DNA from: the human T2T-CHM13v2.0 reference genome, Homo sapiens | Length of the DNA stretch: 64,000 nucleotides | Assembly: GCF_009914755.1 (NCBI RefSeq) | Contig: NC_060931.1 | Strand: one strand, 5' to 3' | Shown here: positions 46,701 to 59,591 of the stretch, in pieces | How the letters are laid out: each line of letters opens with the position of its first letter | Numbering within the stretch: position 1 is the stretch's first letter | The notes under the pieces: model-generated | The model's database searches: none | What the model saw: the letters and a program-made list of their open reading frames with translations, nothing else | Told to the model about the DNA's origin: nothing | Program-made: the position numbers and the translations under genes

Positions 46701-47149
46701 AGAGACTCATTCTCTTTCATTTCTGAAGAATAGCTTTGCTGAGTATAGTATTCTTGGCAGCCATTTTATTTTTCTTTCATCACTTTGACTATATCATCTC
46801 GTCCTTTCCTGGCCTATATGGTTTCTGCTGAGAAATCTACTGTTAATATGATGGAAATTCCCTTATATGTGACTTGATGATTTTCTCTTGCTGGTTTTAT
46901 AATTATTCATTTTGTCTTTGACTTTGATAACTTTGAAATTTTGGAGTTAAATTTATTTGGAGAATTTTGAACTTCCTGTATCTGGATGTCTATATTTCTC
47001 AAAAGACTTGGAAAGCTTTTAGTTATTATTTCATTAAATAGGTTTTCTATGCCTTCTCCTATTTCTTCTCTCCCTACAAAATTTGAATGTTTATTTGCTT
47101 CATGTTGTCCTGTATGTCATGTAGACCTTATTATTATTCTTTATTAATC

Positions 47150-47426
47150 ATTTTTAGACAGAATCTCTCTGTCACACAGTGTCACAATCATGGCTGATTG
47201 CAGTCTTGACCTCCCAGGCTCAAGCAATCCTTCCACCTCAGTCCCCCACCCCCAGGTAGCTGGGATCACATGCACCACCATGCCCAGTTAATTTTTTAAA
47301 ATTTTAGTAGACATGAAGTCTTGCTATGTTTTCCCAGGCTGGTCTCAAACTCCTGAGCTCAAGTGATCCTCCAGCCTTGGCTTCCCAAAGTGTTATGATT
47401 ACAAGTGTAAGCCACTATGCCCAGCC
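47150..47426 (-). mobile_element. AluJ inserted in the L1
   Basis: GGCTCAAGCAATCCT and CCTGAGCTCAAGTGATCCT. Confidence 0.9.
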
Positions 47427-49729
47427 TTCTTCATTCTTTTTCATTCTTGTATTTTTTATTTTTTACATTGGGTAATTTTCAAAAGACCTATCTTCAAGTT
47501 TAGAAATTGTTTTTTCTTCTTAATATAGTCTATTGTTAAAGGTCTTGATTTATTTCATTCATTGAATTATTTCATTCCAAGATTTCTCTTTAGTTCTTTT
47601 CTTATATATATTTTTTTGTTAAATTTCTCTTTCAGATCACAAGTTAGTTTCTTGATTTCTTTGTATTGTCCATCTGTGTTTACTTGTATTTTACTATTTT
47701 TTTAATATTGTTATTTTGAGTTCCTTTTAAGGTATTTTATAGATTTCTTTTGGGATCTGTTATTGGAGAATTATTGTGTTCCTCTGGAGGTGTTGTGTTG
47801 ACTTGCTTTTTCATGTTTCTTGTTGATGTTTATGTTGATATCTATGCATCTGGTGTAACAGTGCATTTTCTAATTTTATGGAGTAGTTTCCATAGGGAAA
47901 TATGATTTCTGGTTGATGTATCTATAGTGCCTATTGGTTAGGGTACTTTGGCTTAGGTTCTGAGTGGGTGCCAGAGTGTAATCTCCATATGATTTCTTTG
48001 GCTGTAATCAACGTCAGTGGTGTCTGTGAATTCCTTAGTGGTTGTAGTTATTTGTGCAGGCTGTGGTAAGACTTTTCTGGAAACTGGGGTGCCAGTCAGG
48101 CCAGTCCTCAGGTCCCTGGGTGGCTTGGATGAGCCCCAGATGAATCAGTCCTCAGGTCCCTAAATACCTTGTGTGGGTATTGGCTGTGGTGAGAATGGGC
48201 TCTGGGCGGGCCAGTTCTTGGGCCCCTACGTTGGGTGTGTGGGCACTGATGGTAGTGACAACAGAACCTGTGCTGGCTGGTCCTCAGCACCCTGGGTGTG
48301 GTGCACAGGCACGGGTAGTGGCAGCCATAGTCTGGCTTGTCTGTTCCTTGGGCTGCTCCTTCGGACCCTGGGCAGGGCATGCAGGTGTCGGTGGTGGTGG
48401 CATGGAGACACCTGGTGGGCTGGTCCTTGAGTTCCAAGGTAGTGTGTGTGGGTGCCAATAGTAACAGTGGTGACCCAAGAAGGCTTATCTTTGAGCCATC
48501 CCAGGAGGTGCACACATGTACTGGCTGTGGTAGTAGAGGTCTTTGGGCCCCTTCGTGAAGCATGTGGGTGTTGGTAGTTATTGTGGGAGGCAAGGTGGGC
48601 TAGGTTTTAGGTACCCAGGCAGTGTGCTTGGGTATACAATGGCTGCTGAGGTAGGGGCAGGATCACTGTTTGTTGTGGAGGCTTGGGCAGGTGGCTCTCA
48701 GGCTATAAGGAGCATGTGCTTTGGCTCCCTATGTCTTCGGGGCAGCCTCCTTGATGTGCTGGACTGTCTATTCCCTGTGTTGTAGGGTGTTGCATGGGCT
48801 TGGGTATCAGAGACATGGCCCACCTCTAGGTCCAGCTGGGGTGATGCTGCAGCCCTCTGGGGGATGTGGGAGAATGTTGATGGGGCCCCAAGGAAATGGA
48901 GATGTAGGAGTTATAGTGCTCCAGGGCGGGATATAGTCTGGTGTTGGCTCCACTCTGAAAGTGATGCTGGGCTGCAGCAAATTGGGTGCTGGTGGTGCAT
49001 ATACAAAGTATGAATTCCCTTGCAGGGACAACATAATTGTGCTGCCTGTAGGCTCAGGGTCTGGGAGGGTTGAGGGGCTCACCTGTAGTTAGGATTACAA
49101 GCATCTGTGGTGGGAAGATGGACCAGTGGGGATCTCTCATGTACATTTTTCCTGAAATGGGGAGTCTTCCCTGGCTCTTAACTGATCCTGACCATCTGGT
49201 TTGCTTCTCTGTTTATGGTGCAATCTCAAGTTAAGTTTCCATGCCTCAGAGGGTCACTGTTACTTCTCTGCTGAATCTCAGTGGTTTTGCTTAGGCTATT
49301 GGACATGTGGTTATCTACTTGCTATTTTGGTCTTTTTTTTCAGGAGAGAAGAGTGCTGGGCACCTCTAGTCAGCCATCTTGAAGACCGTCAGTATTATTA
49401 TTTTTTTGAGATAAAAAGTAATCTGTCTCTGAGTATATTTTTTCTTAAGCAACCACTACCAAAGTCTAATAATGAATGAATCCGTGTTCAAACAAAATTG
49501 TAACAGAATTCTGGACCTTAAGGGCACCATGGAGATTTTTGATCTTGCCCAATAGCCTCTTTTACAAATTATTTGGCCAATTAATTAATAATCCACTTTG
49601 TTGTAAAAATACTATAGCTGCGTACAAGCCATTTATTTTCTTCCTTTTTGTAAAAGTCTAGCATTGCCTGGGAGAAATTTGGAGGGATTATCTCAGAACA
49701 CTTAATATAATAGTTTTAAAATTCAGTCA

Positions 49730-50250
49730 TTCATTTAGCAAATACTTATCACGTGGCTGTTATATGCCTGGGGATTTTATTCTTTTTGAAAAAGAGAAAA
49801 ATAACACCTCACTCCATGGAGCTTGTATTCTAGAGGTGGGAACATGTAACAAATAAGTAAAAACATAAATAAATAAAAATAATTTTAGATTCTGGAAATT
49901 GTGAAGTAACTAAGCAAGGCAATATGATAGAGGGAGGGTAATGTAAGTTTGGCTGTTAAGGAAGCATATCTGATAGTTGACATTGAAGTTGAGATGTGAA
50001 GGATAAGATGGAGTTAACAAAATAAAGACCTGGGGAAAAGGATATTCTAGGAATTTGATGGCAAGTGCAATAACCTGAGGGTTGAAGTTACTTTGTTTAC
50101 TAAGAACTGTATTGCTGTAGCATAGTAAGCAATGTAATGAGTGAGCAATGAGAGGCAGAAGAAATATTATGCAAAACTGTACAGGATATGGAAATAAGCT
50201 TCAATTTTAAGGGTTATAGAGGCTATTGGAAAGGTTTTTTGACAATCTGA
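49730..50250. mobile_element. L2 relic
   Basis: 'CATTCATTTAGCAAATACTTAT...ATGGAGCTTGTATTCTAG'. Confidence 0.6.
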
Positions 50251-50351
50251 TATGGTAAAATATGCTGTTTATGGGGTGTAGTTATACAGATTTTGGCAAA
50301 TGCATGAAGTCATCATGTTTTGACCACCACAGTTATAAAATAGAATAGTTT

Positions 50352-50705
50352 TGGTATGGTTTGGCTGTGTTCCCACCCAGATCTCATCTTGAATTGCAGC
50401 TCCCACAATTTCCATGTGTTGTGGGAAAGACCCAGTGGGAGGTAATTGAATCATGGGGGCAGGTCTTTGCTATGCAGTTCTCATGATAGTGAATAACTCT
50501 CATGAGATCTGATGTTTTATAAAGGGGAGATCCCCTGCGCAAGTTCTCTCTTGCCTGTTGCCATGTAAGATGTCCATTGCTCTTCCACCATGATTGTGAG
50601 GCCTCCCTAGCCATGTGGAACTGTGAGTCAGTTAAACCTCTTTCTTTTAGAAATTACCCAGTTTCAGGTATGTCTTTATTAGCAGTGTGAGAACAGATGA
50701 ATACA
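50352..50705 (+). mobile_element. THE1B-like solo LTR
   Basis: TGGTATGGTTTGGCTGTGT...GAATACA; TSD agttt/ggttt. Confidence 0.9.
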
Positions 50706-50784
50706 GGTTTCCTCATCACAAAGTCTCTCAGTGCTGCCCATTTGTACTCAACTCTTTCCTTCTCTTCCAATCCCTAACACCCTA

Positions 50785-51142
50785 TGATATGGTTTGGCGC
50801 TGTGTTCCCACCCAAATCTCACCTTGAATTGTAATAATCCCCATGTGTCAAGGGTAGGACCAAGTGGAGACAATTGAATCATGGGGGCAGGTTTCCCCCA
50901 TGCTGTTCTTGTGATAGTGAGTGAGTTCTCATGAAATCTGATGGTTTTATAAGGGACTTCCCCATTCTTTTGGCACTCATTCTCTCTCCTGCTGCTCTGT
51001 GAAGAGACTCCTTCTGCCATGATTGTAAGTTTCCTGAGGCCTCCCCAGTCATGTGGAACTGTGAGTCAATTCTACCTCTTTTTTTAATAAATTACCCAGT
51101 CTTGGGTATTTCTTAATAGCAGCGTGAAAATGAACTAATACA
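50785..51142 (+). mobile_element. THE1C/D-like solo LTR
   Basis: TGATATGGTTTGGC...ACTAATACA; TSD cccta/accta. Confidence 0.9.
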
Positions 51143-51644
51143 ACCTATGATGTGTTTCCCATCCTATAATAAGCCATATAAAATGGAACCATATGATATG
51201 TAGCTTTTTGGATATGGTTTCTTTTACTTGGCTTAATGCATTTGAGATTCATCTATGTCATGTGAATCAAGTTCATTCCTTTTTATTCCTGAGCAACATC
51301 CCATTGAATGGGTTTGCTAAAGTTTATCAGTTTACCATTTGAAGAACGTATGAATTGTGTCATTTTTAGACTTTAAAAATAAAAACCTCTATAAATATAT
51401 GAAGGTATTTGCATAAATATAGTTTTTATTTCTCGAGTAATTATCTGGAAGTAAAATTGTTGGGATGTATCGTAGGCACATGTCTAATTTTATTAAAAAC
51501 TGCCAAACTATTTTCCAAGGATGCTGTAACATTTTGCATTTCTACCAGCAATGTATGAGATTTCCAGTTGCTCTTTACCCTTCTAAGTAACACGATGTTG
51601 CTAATTTTTAAATTTTCTTTTTAGCTATTTAAAAAATGCCTGGC

Positions 51645-53906
51645 AGCAGCCCTATGTGGCCCCTGCCCTGGGAGCAGCCCAGTGGAGAGGGGGCGGCTGT
51701 GTGCTGAGGAGCCGATCAGGTCTGCCATGGGTGAGGGGCCTGGCCAGAGCTATGGCAGTGGAGCTGTGGGTCCTTCATAATGAGAATCTTTGGGGCACTT
51801 CTGTCTCCTCTGTGTAGTTGGTAGTTTGGGTGGTGAAGAGATGCCTGACAGTGTTAAAACCTTTCTCCAGGACCTTGGCAGGGGAATCAAAGATTCCTTT
51901 TGGGGTATTTTTACAGTCTCCAAGCTGTGTGCTTGAATCCAGCAAAAGGGAGAGGAGCAGCATTGAAGAAAGGCAAGTAGTATCCTGGCACAGAGGAGCT
52001 AAGAACATAGAGTAAGAGTGAGAGAGTGAGCCATGTATTGTTAGTAGAATTTTTCAGTGTTGCACTTGGAATGGTGGAGTGTTCTGGTCCAGTCTCCTCC
52101 TGCTTTATTGAGTGTTTATTCTTCTGCTTTGGTCAGTGACACCCTGAATTATTGGTGATCTATCATGACATGGAGATGCTCAGTCATGGCTAGAATTCTT
52201 CCTCATGTCAACCTCCAGTGCTCATTGGGTGCTCCCCTTGTTTGTGCCTAGCAAAGTTGTCAATGCCATTTGGTTTCACGATATAGCTGACCTGGCATTT
52301 GAGAAACCAGTGAGGAAGCCTCACCCATTCCCTAGTGTCTGCAAAATAATTGCTGACATGCTCTCCAACCTTTTGCTGCAGGCTCTTTTCCTCAATCAAG
52401 GAGTGTTTGTGGGTCTCTTTCCCATCCATATTGTTGTTCAGCTGGTTAGTCTCCTGCATATGTCTCTTCTCTACTCACTGTGCTGCTTCAAACATTGTTG
52501 GTTCAATAAAGGAATGAAGTGCACCAGCAGTTGCCTAACATAGAAAGGAACTGGTCTTACTACTTTGGGTTTGGTTTGCCCTTGGCTTTTCTCACGGCAA
52601 TGCAGTCTTCATTACCAGTGCAGCCATATTATCAGTGGCTGCCTCATCTCTATCCTTGTTCCTTTATTCCTCTATCCTTGTTCTTTATCAGCACCAATGA
52701 AGCAAAGACCCCTGGCACAGCGTACCTCTTCCAGTTGTGCCTCTTGCCCTTGGTGGTCTTCCTAAGCACCAGACTCTTACAGGACAGTCTACCTGCAGTC
52801 GGCCCTGAGCAGCTTAACCTCTTTAGGGAAGTTCCCTTCACTGCATCCATCTCCTGCCAAACTGAAGGCTACTGCCATGCAAAGGGCATGGGTGAGGTAG
52901 GAGGGAGGCTGTGCTCACTTCCCCCTGCCAGGGAAGGCAGAACCCACTCTGCCAAGGTTCTTCTGTGTATTCCCTTCTTTCTGAGGAATCAGAATTTTTT
53001 TCTCTGGTGCACATAAGGCAGAATCTTCCTGACATCAGTGTGTGGATTTTTAACACCATCACGAGTCTGAAAGGAACACAGGTTTTTCTGCAGCTATTTT
53101 CTAGCATTTGCCAGTCCCTGTGCCTAGACTGATTTGAATACTTTGTTTTTTTCGCTGTGCCATTTACCCCCCCACCCCCCACCTTTCCTTCCTGCCATCT
53201 ACCACCCTTGGATGAATGAATTTTATAATTCTAGCTGTTGTATTTTGTGGATTTGTTTTGCATGCGCGTGTGCGCACGTGTGTGTGTGTGTGTGTTTCTG
53301 TGTTTCTGTGAAGCACATACGTTTGATGTGGGAGGTAAAGGAGTGTTCCAGTTGCTCCTGGTCACTCCCTTTATGGCCATCACCGTCTTGTTTTTTGTAA
53401 CTCAGGTTAGCTATTGGTCTCTCCTGCTGTACTGCAAAAAATAAAAATAAAAAATAAAAAAGCCTGAAGAGATGGGACAGGAGGAAAGACCTCACAGACA
53501 GATCTGCTGAGCTTTGAAGTGATTTTCTTTCTTTCCCTTGAAGAGGAAAATGATATTTTCACCGGTACATTTGAAGTCCCCCAAGTATGGGAAGGTACCA
53601 ATTCCGGACAAGTGCCACTGCAACGTAACACTCAGAGAACCTGAACTTTTCAACTCTGTTGGTGATGGGGGCAGAAATTCACTGTTGGCCACTGCCAGGT
53701 CTGTTTCATATTTCAAAGGAATATTGGGTGCTGCAAATAGGAACTGAGGGTTAAACTCATTAAACCCATCAGTCCTGTGATTGGTGGGTATTTTGCCATC
53801 ATTTTAAGACACTAAACGTGGGAGGCAGATGTCAAAATACTTGTACAATTTTAAAATGTCACAAGTTTAAAATGATACAATTAAAGCTGGTTGCTAACAA
53901 AATAAA
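51645..53906 (+). pseudogene. EI24: Processed pseudogene of EI24 (etoposide-induced 2.4/PIG8), full-length mRNA copy
   Basis: ATG 51841 reads [22 protein letters not shown]; later peptides [40 protein letters not shown] and [24 protein letters not shown]; intronless; stop at 51934-51936 plus frameshifts; GC-rich 5'UTR, long 3'UTR, ATTAAA at 53880, A-rich tail, degenerate TSD at 51627-51644 and 53906-53923. Confidence 0.96.
53262..53296. repeat. (GC/GT)n microsatellite within the EI24-derived 3'UTR
   Basis: atgcgcgtgtgcgcacgtgtgtgtgtgtgtgtgt. Confidence 0.9.
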
Positions 53907-54111
53907 TTTAAAAAATATCTAGCTGTGTCTAATTGTGGTTTTAATTTGCATTAATGATATTAAGCATCTTTTTATATGCTTATTTGCCATCTGTATATCT
54001 CCTTTGGAGAAGGCTCGACTCTTTACTCATTTTTATCAGGTTTGTTGCTTTCTTATTGTTGAGTTTTGAGAGTTTTTAAACATCCTTTTAAAGAAATGTG
54101 ATTTCTATTGA

Positions 54112-54533
<422 letters not shown>

Positions 54534-56261
54534 CCTTCTATTTCACTCTCTGGGATTTCCCATCTGATCTTGAATTCAAAAGAACATTTTGTAGCCGTGA
54601 ACAAATTAGTCATAATTATTTAAAATTCCTGCCAGATAACTTCAACATCCATGTCATATCTGAGTGTGGTTCTGTTGATTTGTCTTTGGCAATGTGTTGT
54701 TCCATATTGCCTTTTTATGGGCCTCATATTTTTTTGTTGGGAGCTGGACATTTTATGTAGGACATAGAACTGAGCTAAATAAGTTTTAAGGCTAGTAATA
54801 GAAATGACTTTCTACTCTTCATAGATTCAAAGCTGTGAACTTGCAGTTTGCTTAGCTTTTTTGTGTTAAAAGAATGGGAGCCATGTTCTTTCCAGTTCAC
54901 ATCCTGATCAGAAGCCCAGAAGTACCCCTGGAAAGTTTAAGCAGGGACATTATATGATCTGATTGATTTATACTTTAAATGTTATGCTGAGTCCTGGGTG
55001 TTAACTGGATGGCAGGAATGCAAAAGAAGAAATAGGAATACCAGTTAAATTAAGAGACTATTGCAGTAGTTAAGTAGTTAAATTATCTTAGTTTGGGTTC
55101 AGCAATATATTGTTTGCAAAAATCTTGGCCTACTTAACAGATGGGGTTGATTACATACAAGCCAGTTGAATGTTGAAGGACATCTGCCAAAAAGCTGTTG
55201 ACTCCATTTTTACAAAAGTTGATCTGTAGCCCCTATACATGGCAATGATCATGTACAGGATCATGCATAGAATCATAATGGACCCACATAGGAATGAGGG
55301 GTCTATTAAAGCCACTTCTAATTAAGAAAAATAAAAGAAAGTCACCTGCCCCAAACCAGATTATATTAGTCCTTCCTCTGCATTTCCACACAGGCTACCC
55401 ATTGCAGTTCTCTGAGTACCCAACACTTTTCTGGGATTTTAGTCCCTGTCTACCTCTCTTCACTCACCTTCCTTCACTCTTTGTTTATTCACTAAGCTCC
55501 AGTATTCTTTCTAGGTCTTCAGTACCACAGGCTGACTATAGCTTTAGGATTCTTGCTATATCTGACCTATTTGCCTAGGCCATTCACACCTGTGACTAAA
55601 GATGCTGTGAATTGAAATATATTATGAAGAAAATGGATATAAAATTTCAATGAAGCATTTTATTAGCTAATAAATCTACAATCTGGAAGCAGCTATGCAC
55701 TGCCCTTTAGGCAACATTCTTTATCCGTAGATGACCATGAACACACGTTGACGAAAGTGAACAATCTGGCAAAAATCCATTCGATCCTTCAGTGACAGTA
55801 GTTCCTGGACCATTCTGGATCTTCTCCAAATGTTTTATTTAGTTGGGCCTTTTGAAAATATAAAGTGTACAATACGAGGACCTGTTACCGGGGCTTTCTC
55901 AGGATGTATGCTGTAGACTAGTTTCACGCAGTTGACCTGGGCTTGAAAACTTGGGAAAATGTTAGTTCCTGTTATCTACCATGATCTCAGTTTTCATCGT
56001 CTCATTCTATGTTCTTATCTTAATTTTGTTTCAGAATGTTTTCATTTCTGGCCCTCATGGATCAAATCAGGATTTCCTAAAATATGTATTATGACAATAA
56101 AAAGTTGAACATATTTGTGTTTGGTAAAAGCCAAGGTTGCTTCTTCTAATAAGTGTTAAATCTACCCACCATCTTCATCCCATGCATACTGGGGCATACC
56201 TATGCACCATTAATATGAATGGTGAATGTTTGGAGTAGGTATGAGGTACTAAATGGCACAA

Positions 56262-56453
56262 GCGTGATTGTCAGATAAATTGCACAACACCATCCCGATT
56301 TGAATTTCAGACAAACAGTGAATGCTTTTGTAGTGAAATTATGTGCCACATGTTGAATGGGAAATATTTATAGTGAAAAAGCATTCATTGTTCAACCAAA
56401 ATTCAAATTTAACTGGGAGTCCTGTGTTTTTATTAGTTAAATCTGGCAACCCT
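56262..56453. mobile_element. MER53 hAT MITE
   Basis: 'TTTGAATTTCAGACAAACA...AAATTCAAATTTAACTGGG...AAATCTGGCAACCCTA'. Confidence 0.75.
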
Positions 56454-56561
56454 AGCCACATATACTGTCTTATCAAGCTTCAAGAAATCTACCAAGCAAG
56501 AATCCTTTAAGTTTAGCTATTATTTCATAAAAAAATTTATCATTGCACAACATATAATGAA

Positions 56562-57983
56562 GACACACAGTCTTCGGGCTGAGCCGAGGTGGATGTTTTG
56601 AGCACAGTTGCCCTACAGCCAGCGAGCCCTGCATCACCTTCGTGGAAGCCTGGGTCTGCTGAGCAGCTTTCTTCCTTTGTCTCATAACCATGTTCACCAA
56701 CAAGAATGCTAATTCACCAGCTGCCCAACTGAACAGATTCATTGAAGAACAAGAGTAAAGACAGTACAGAAATGAGGCATTGCAGTTGACTCACTATTGG
56801 CTCTTCTTGCAGTTCCTGATATGTCATCTTTAGCATGTGGTTACTTACGTAATCTTACCCAGACACTTACAAACCTTTGTTGCAACAAGAATCCTGCAGC
56901 TCCATTAGGTGCTGTTGAGAAAATTCTTCCTACTTTAGTTTGGCTCCTTCATCACAATAATCCAGAAGTATTAGTAGATACATGCTGGGCTGTTTCCTAC
57001 CTTACTGATGGTCTGAATGAATGGATTGACATGGTCGTGAAAACAGAAGTTGTGACCCAACTCGTGAAGCTTCTAGGAGTTTCTGAATTGCCAATTGTGA
57101 CTCCTGCACTAAGAGCCATAGGAAATATTGTCACTGGTACAGATGGACAGACTCAGGTTGTTATTGATGCAGGAGCACTCACCATCTTTCCCAGCCTAAA
57201 ACTAACAATCGGAAGGAAGCTACATAGACTATGTCAACCATCATAGCTGGCCTTCAGGACCAGATACAGCAAGCCATGAATCATAGATTAGTCAGTGTTC
57301 TCTCTAAGGCAGATTTTAAGACACAAAAAGAAGCCGTATTGGCTGTGACCAACTCTACAAGTAGTGGAATAGTTGAACAGATTGTATACCTTGTTCATTG
57401 TGGCATAATAGAACCATTGATGAACCTCTTAACTGTGAAAGATACCAAGATTATTCTGGTTACTCTGGATGCCATTTCAAATATCTTTCAGGCTGTTGAG
57501 AAACTAGGTGAAACTGAGAAACTTAGTATAATGATTGAAGAATGTGGCGGCTTAGACAAAATTGAAGCTCTACAAAACCATGCAAATCAATTTATATATA
57601 AGGCTTCATTAAGCTTAATTGGGAAGTATTTTTCTGTAGAGGAAGAGGAAGATCAAAATGTGCCAGACACTACCTCTGAAAGCTATACCTCCCATGTTCA
57701 GAATGAGACTCTTGGGACCTTTAACATTTAGATCATGTAAGCTGAGGCATACAGTTGTTTTGTCCTATGTTTGGTATAAGTTTGTGTTGCTGTTTCTCTG
57801 CTAAGAACTATTTTTAAATGTGGTTTGTTATTGTAGCATTTTTTACACTGAAACTATACTTGAACAGTTCCAACCTGCATATACTGTATAAAGCTTGTCC
57901 TCTGAATGGGTTTTGTATTTCTGTGTGGAATTTCATATCTCTTGGCATCCTGTAAATGAAGATTAAAGTCCATCCTTTACTTT
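56562..57983 (+). pseudogene. KPNA2: Processed pseudogene of KPNA2 (importin alpha-1) with an internal deletion of about codons 31-205
   Basis: 5'UTR '...CTTTGTCTCATAACC', ATG 56690 (MFTNKNANSPAAQLNRF); 4-nt insertion gives a stop at 56756; [22 protein letters not shown]... through ...GTFNI* (TAG 57729-57731); intronless; 3'UTR and A-rich tail. Confidence 0.97.
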
Positions 57984-57993
57984 GAAAAAAACA

Positions 57994-58303
<310 letters not shown>

Positions 58304-58747
58304 GAAAAAAACAAGAAAACCAAGAATGTAAAGCCATACATCAATTTAAAAAATTAACTTATTGTTATGATTTTCTAATAAATGTTTAGATTCCCCATAT
58401 TTTTATCTAGGTCTTATCTGTGGTCACACATAATTTCAATATAGGCATAATCATACTGTATAACTTGTTGTATCTTTTTTTTTCCAGTTACATACATTTT
58501 TCACTTTGCTAAGTAGTTTTTAATACTTGTAACTTTAATAGCTTCATGTTTTATGATTTTTATTAAGGAAAAATCTATTGTTAGATAGTCTGGCTCTTTA
58601 TATTATACACTACTGCATATAATAGTATACAATACTATTACTGCATATTATCCACATATTGTAGTATCATTAAATGTTTCTATGCATGTGGCTTGTTTTT
58701 ACTTTTGGATGGTATATTTAGGATATCAATAAATGTAAATATTAGAT

Positions 58748-59107
58748 GGCTATTGATTGAATGTTTGTTTCTCCCCAAAATTTATATGTTGAAACACTAA
58801 TTCCCAGTTTGATGATATTTGGAGATAGGGCCTTTGGGAAGTGGTCATGAGAATAAAGCCCTCATGATGGAATTAGTGACCTTCTAAGAGACACAAGAGA
58901 CTTTGCCTGCCTGCCCTCCCCTCCTCCCTTGCTTTCTCTCTGCTGTGTGAAAACATAACCAGGAAGAGGACCCTCACCAGAAACCACAATGGCTGCCACC
59001 TTCACTTTGGACTTTCCAGTCTCCAGAAATGTGAGAAATAAATTTCTGTAGTTTAAACCACCCAGTTTATGTCATTTTTGTTATAGCAGTCCCAATTGAC
59101 AAAGACA
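58748..59107 (+). mobile_element. MLT1-family solo LTR
   Basis: 'TGAATGTTTGT...CCCCAAAATTTATATGTTGAA...TGAGAAATAAATTTCTG...TTTGTTATAGCAG'. Confidence 0.85.
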
Positions 59108-59218
59108 TTGATGAGAAGTTACAGCCATTTTAATAACACGTTGTAGATTACTTTCTAAATTTTTATGCCATTTTCACTCCTAACTTTTTTATGTGAGTTT
59201 TGTTTTAAATATATATTT

Positions 59219-59591
59219 ATAATTTTATTTTACTTAAATTGACAGATAAAATTATATGTACTTACTGTGTTCAACATAATGCTATAATGTATATATACAT
59301 TGTGGAATGACTAAATCCAGCTAATTATCATATGTATTACCACTAATAGTTATTTTTGTGGTGAGAAAACTTAACTCTCCTAGAATTTTTCTAGAATACA
59401 TTATATTGTTATTAACTATAGTTTGCATGTTGTACAATAGAAAGACAAATACTGCATGATCTCACTCATATGTGAACTAAAAAAGCTGATGTCATAGAAC
59501 TAGAGAGTAGAAGGTGGTTGGTTACTTGGGGCTGGGGTGATTTGGCTGATGTTGATCAAAGGATAAAAAATTTCAGGAGAAATAAGTTCAA
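59219..59591 (-). mobile_element. Short L1MA 3' end with 5' inversion
   Basis: minus-strand L1 to ...TGTTGTACAATAG (59440), then plus-strand AAAGACAAATACTGCATGATCTCACT...AATAAGTTCAA. Confidence 0.8.

Larger units (their letters stand above)
41936..49390 (-). mobile_element. Near full-length L1MA/L1M-type LINE-1 (decayed ORF1 and ORF2, GC-rich repetitive 5'UTR)
   Basis: ORF2 RT and EN peptides in minus-strand ORFs at 44107-46052; 5' terminal GCCATCTT (YY1 motif) at 49373-49380; candidate TSD agt(g/a)ttattat(g/t)tttt at 41920-41935 and 49391-49406. Confidence 0.9.
50255..54090 (-). mobile_element. Old L1M 3' region, host of two THE1 LTRs and the EI24 retrocopy
   Basis: L1 sequence '...TTTTTAGCTATT' (51630) resumes as 'TCTAATTGTGGTTTTAATTTGCATT' (53928). 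Confidence 0.7.

Noticed and set aside
48060-49380. GC-rich region with many overlapping ORFs as a CpG island or gene
   Set aside because: It is the CpG-depleted repetitive 5'UTR of the old L1.
50352-51142. Two THE1 LTRs as a deleted provirus
   Set aside because: Separate TSDs, different subtypes, and the spacer is host L1 sequence.
52205-53016. EI24-like ORFs as a functional gene
   Set aside because: Intronless, early stop at 51934, frameshifts, tail and TSD: a processed pseudogene.
56797-57731. Importin-alpha ORFs as a functional gene
   Set aside because: Frameshift and stop at 56756, large deletion, a second frameshift near 57197, and loss of conserved Trp residues.
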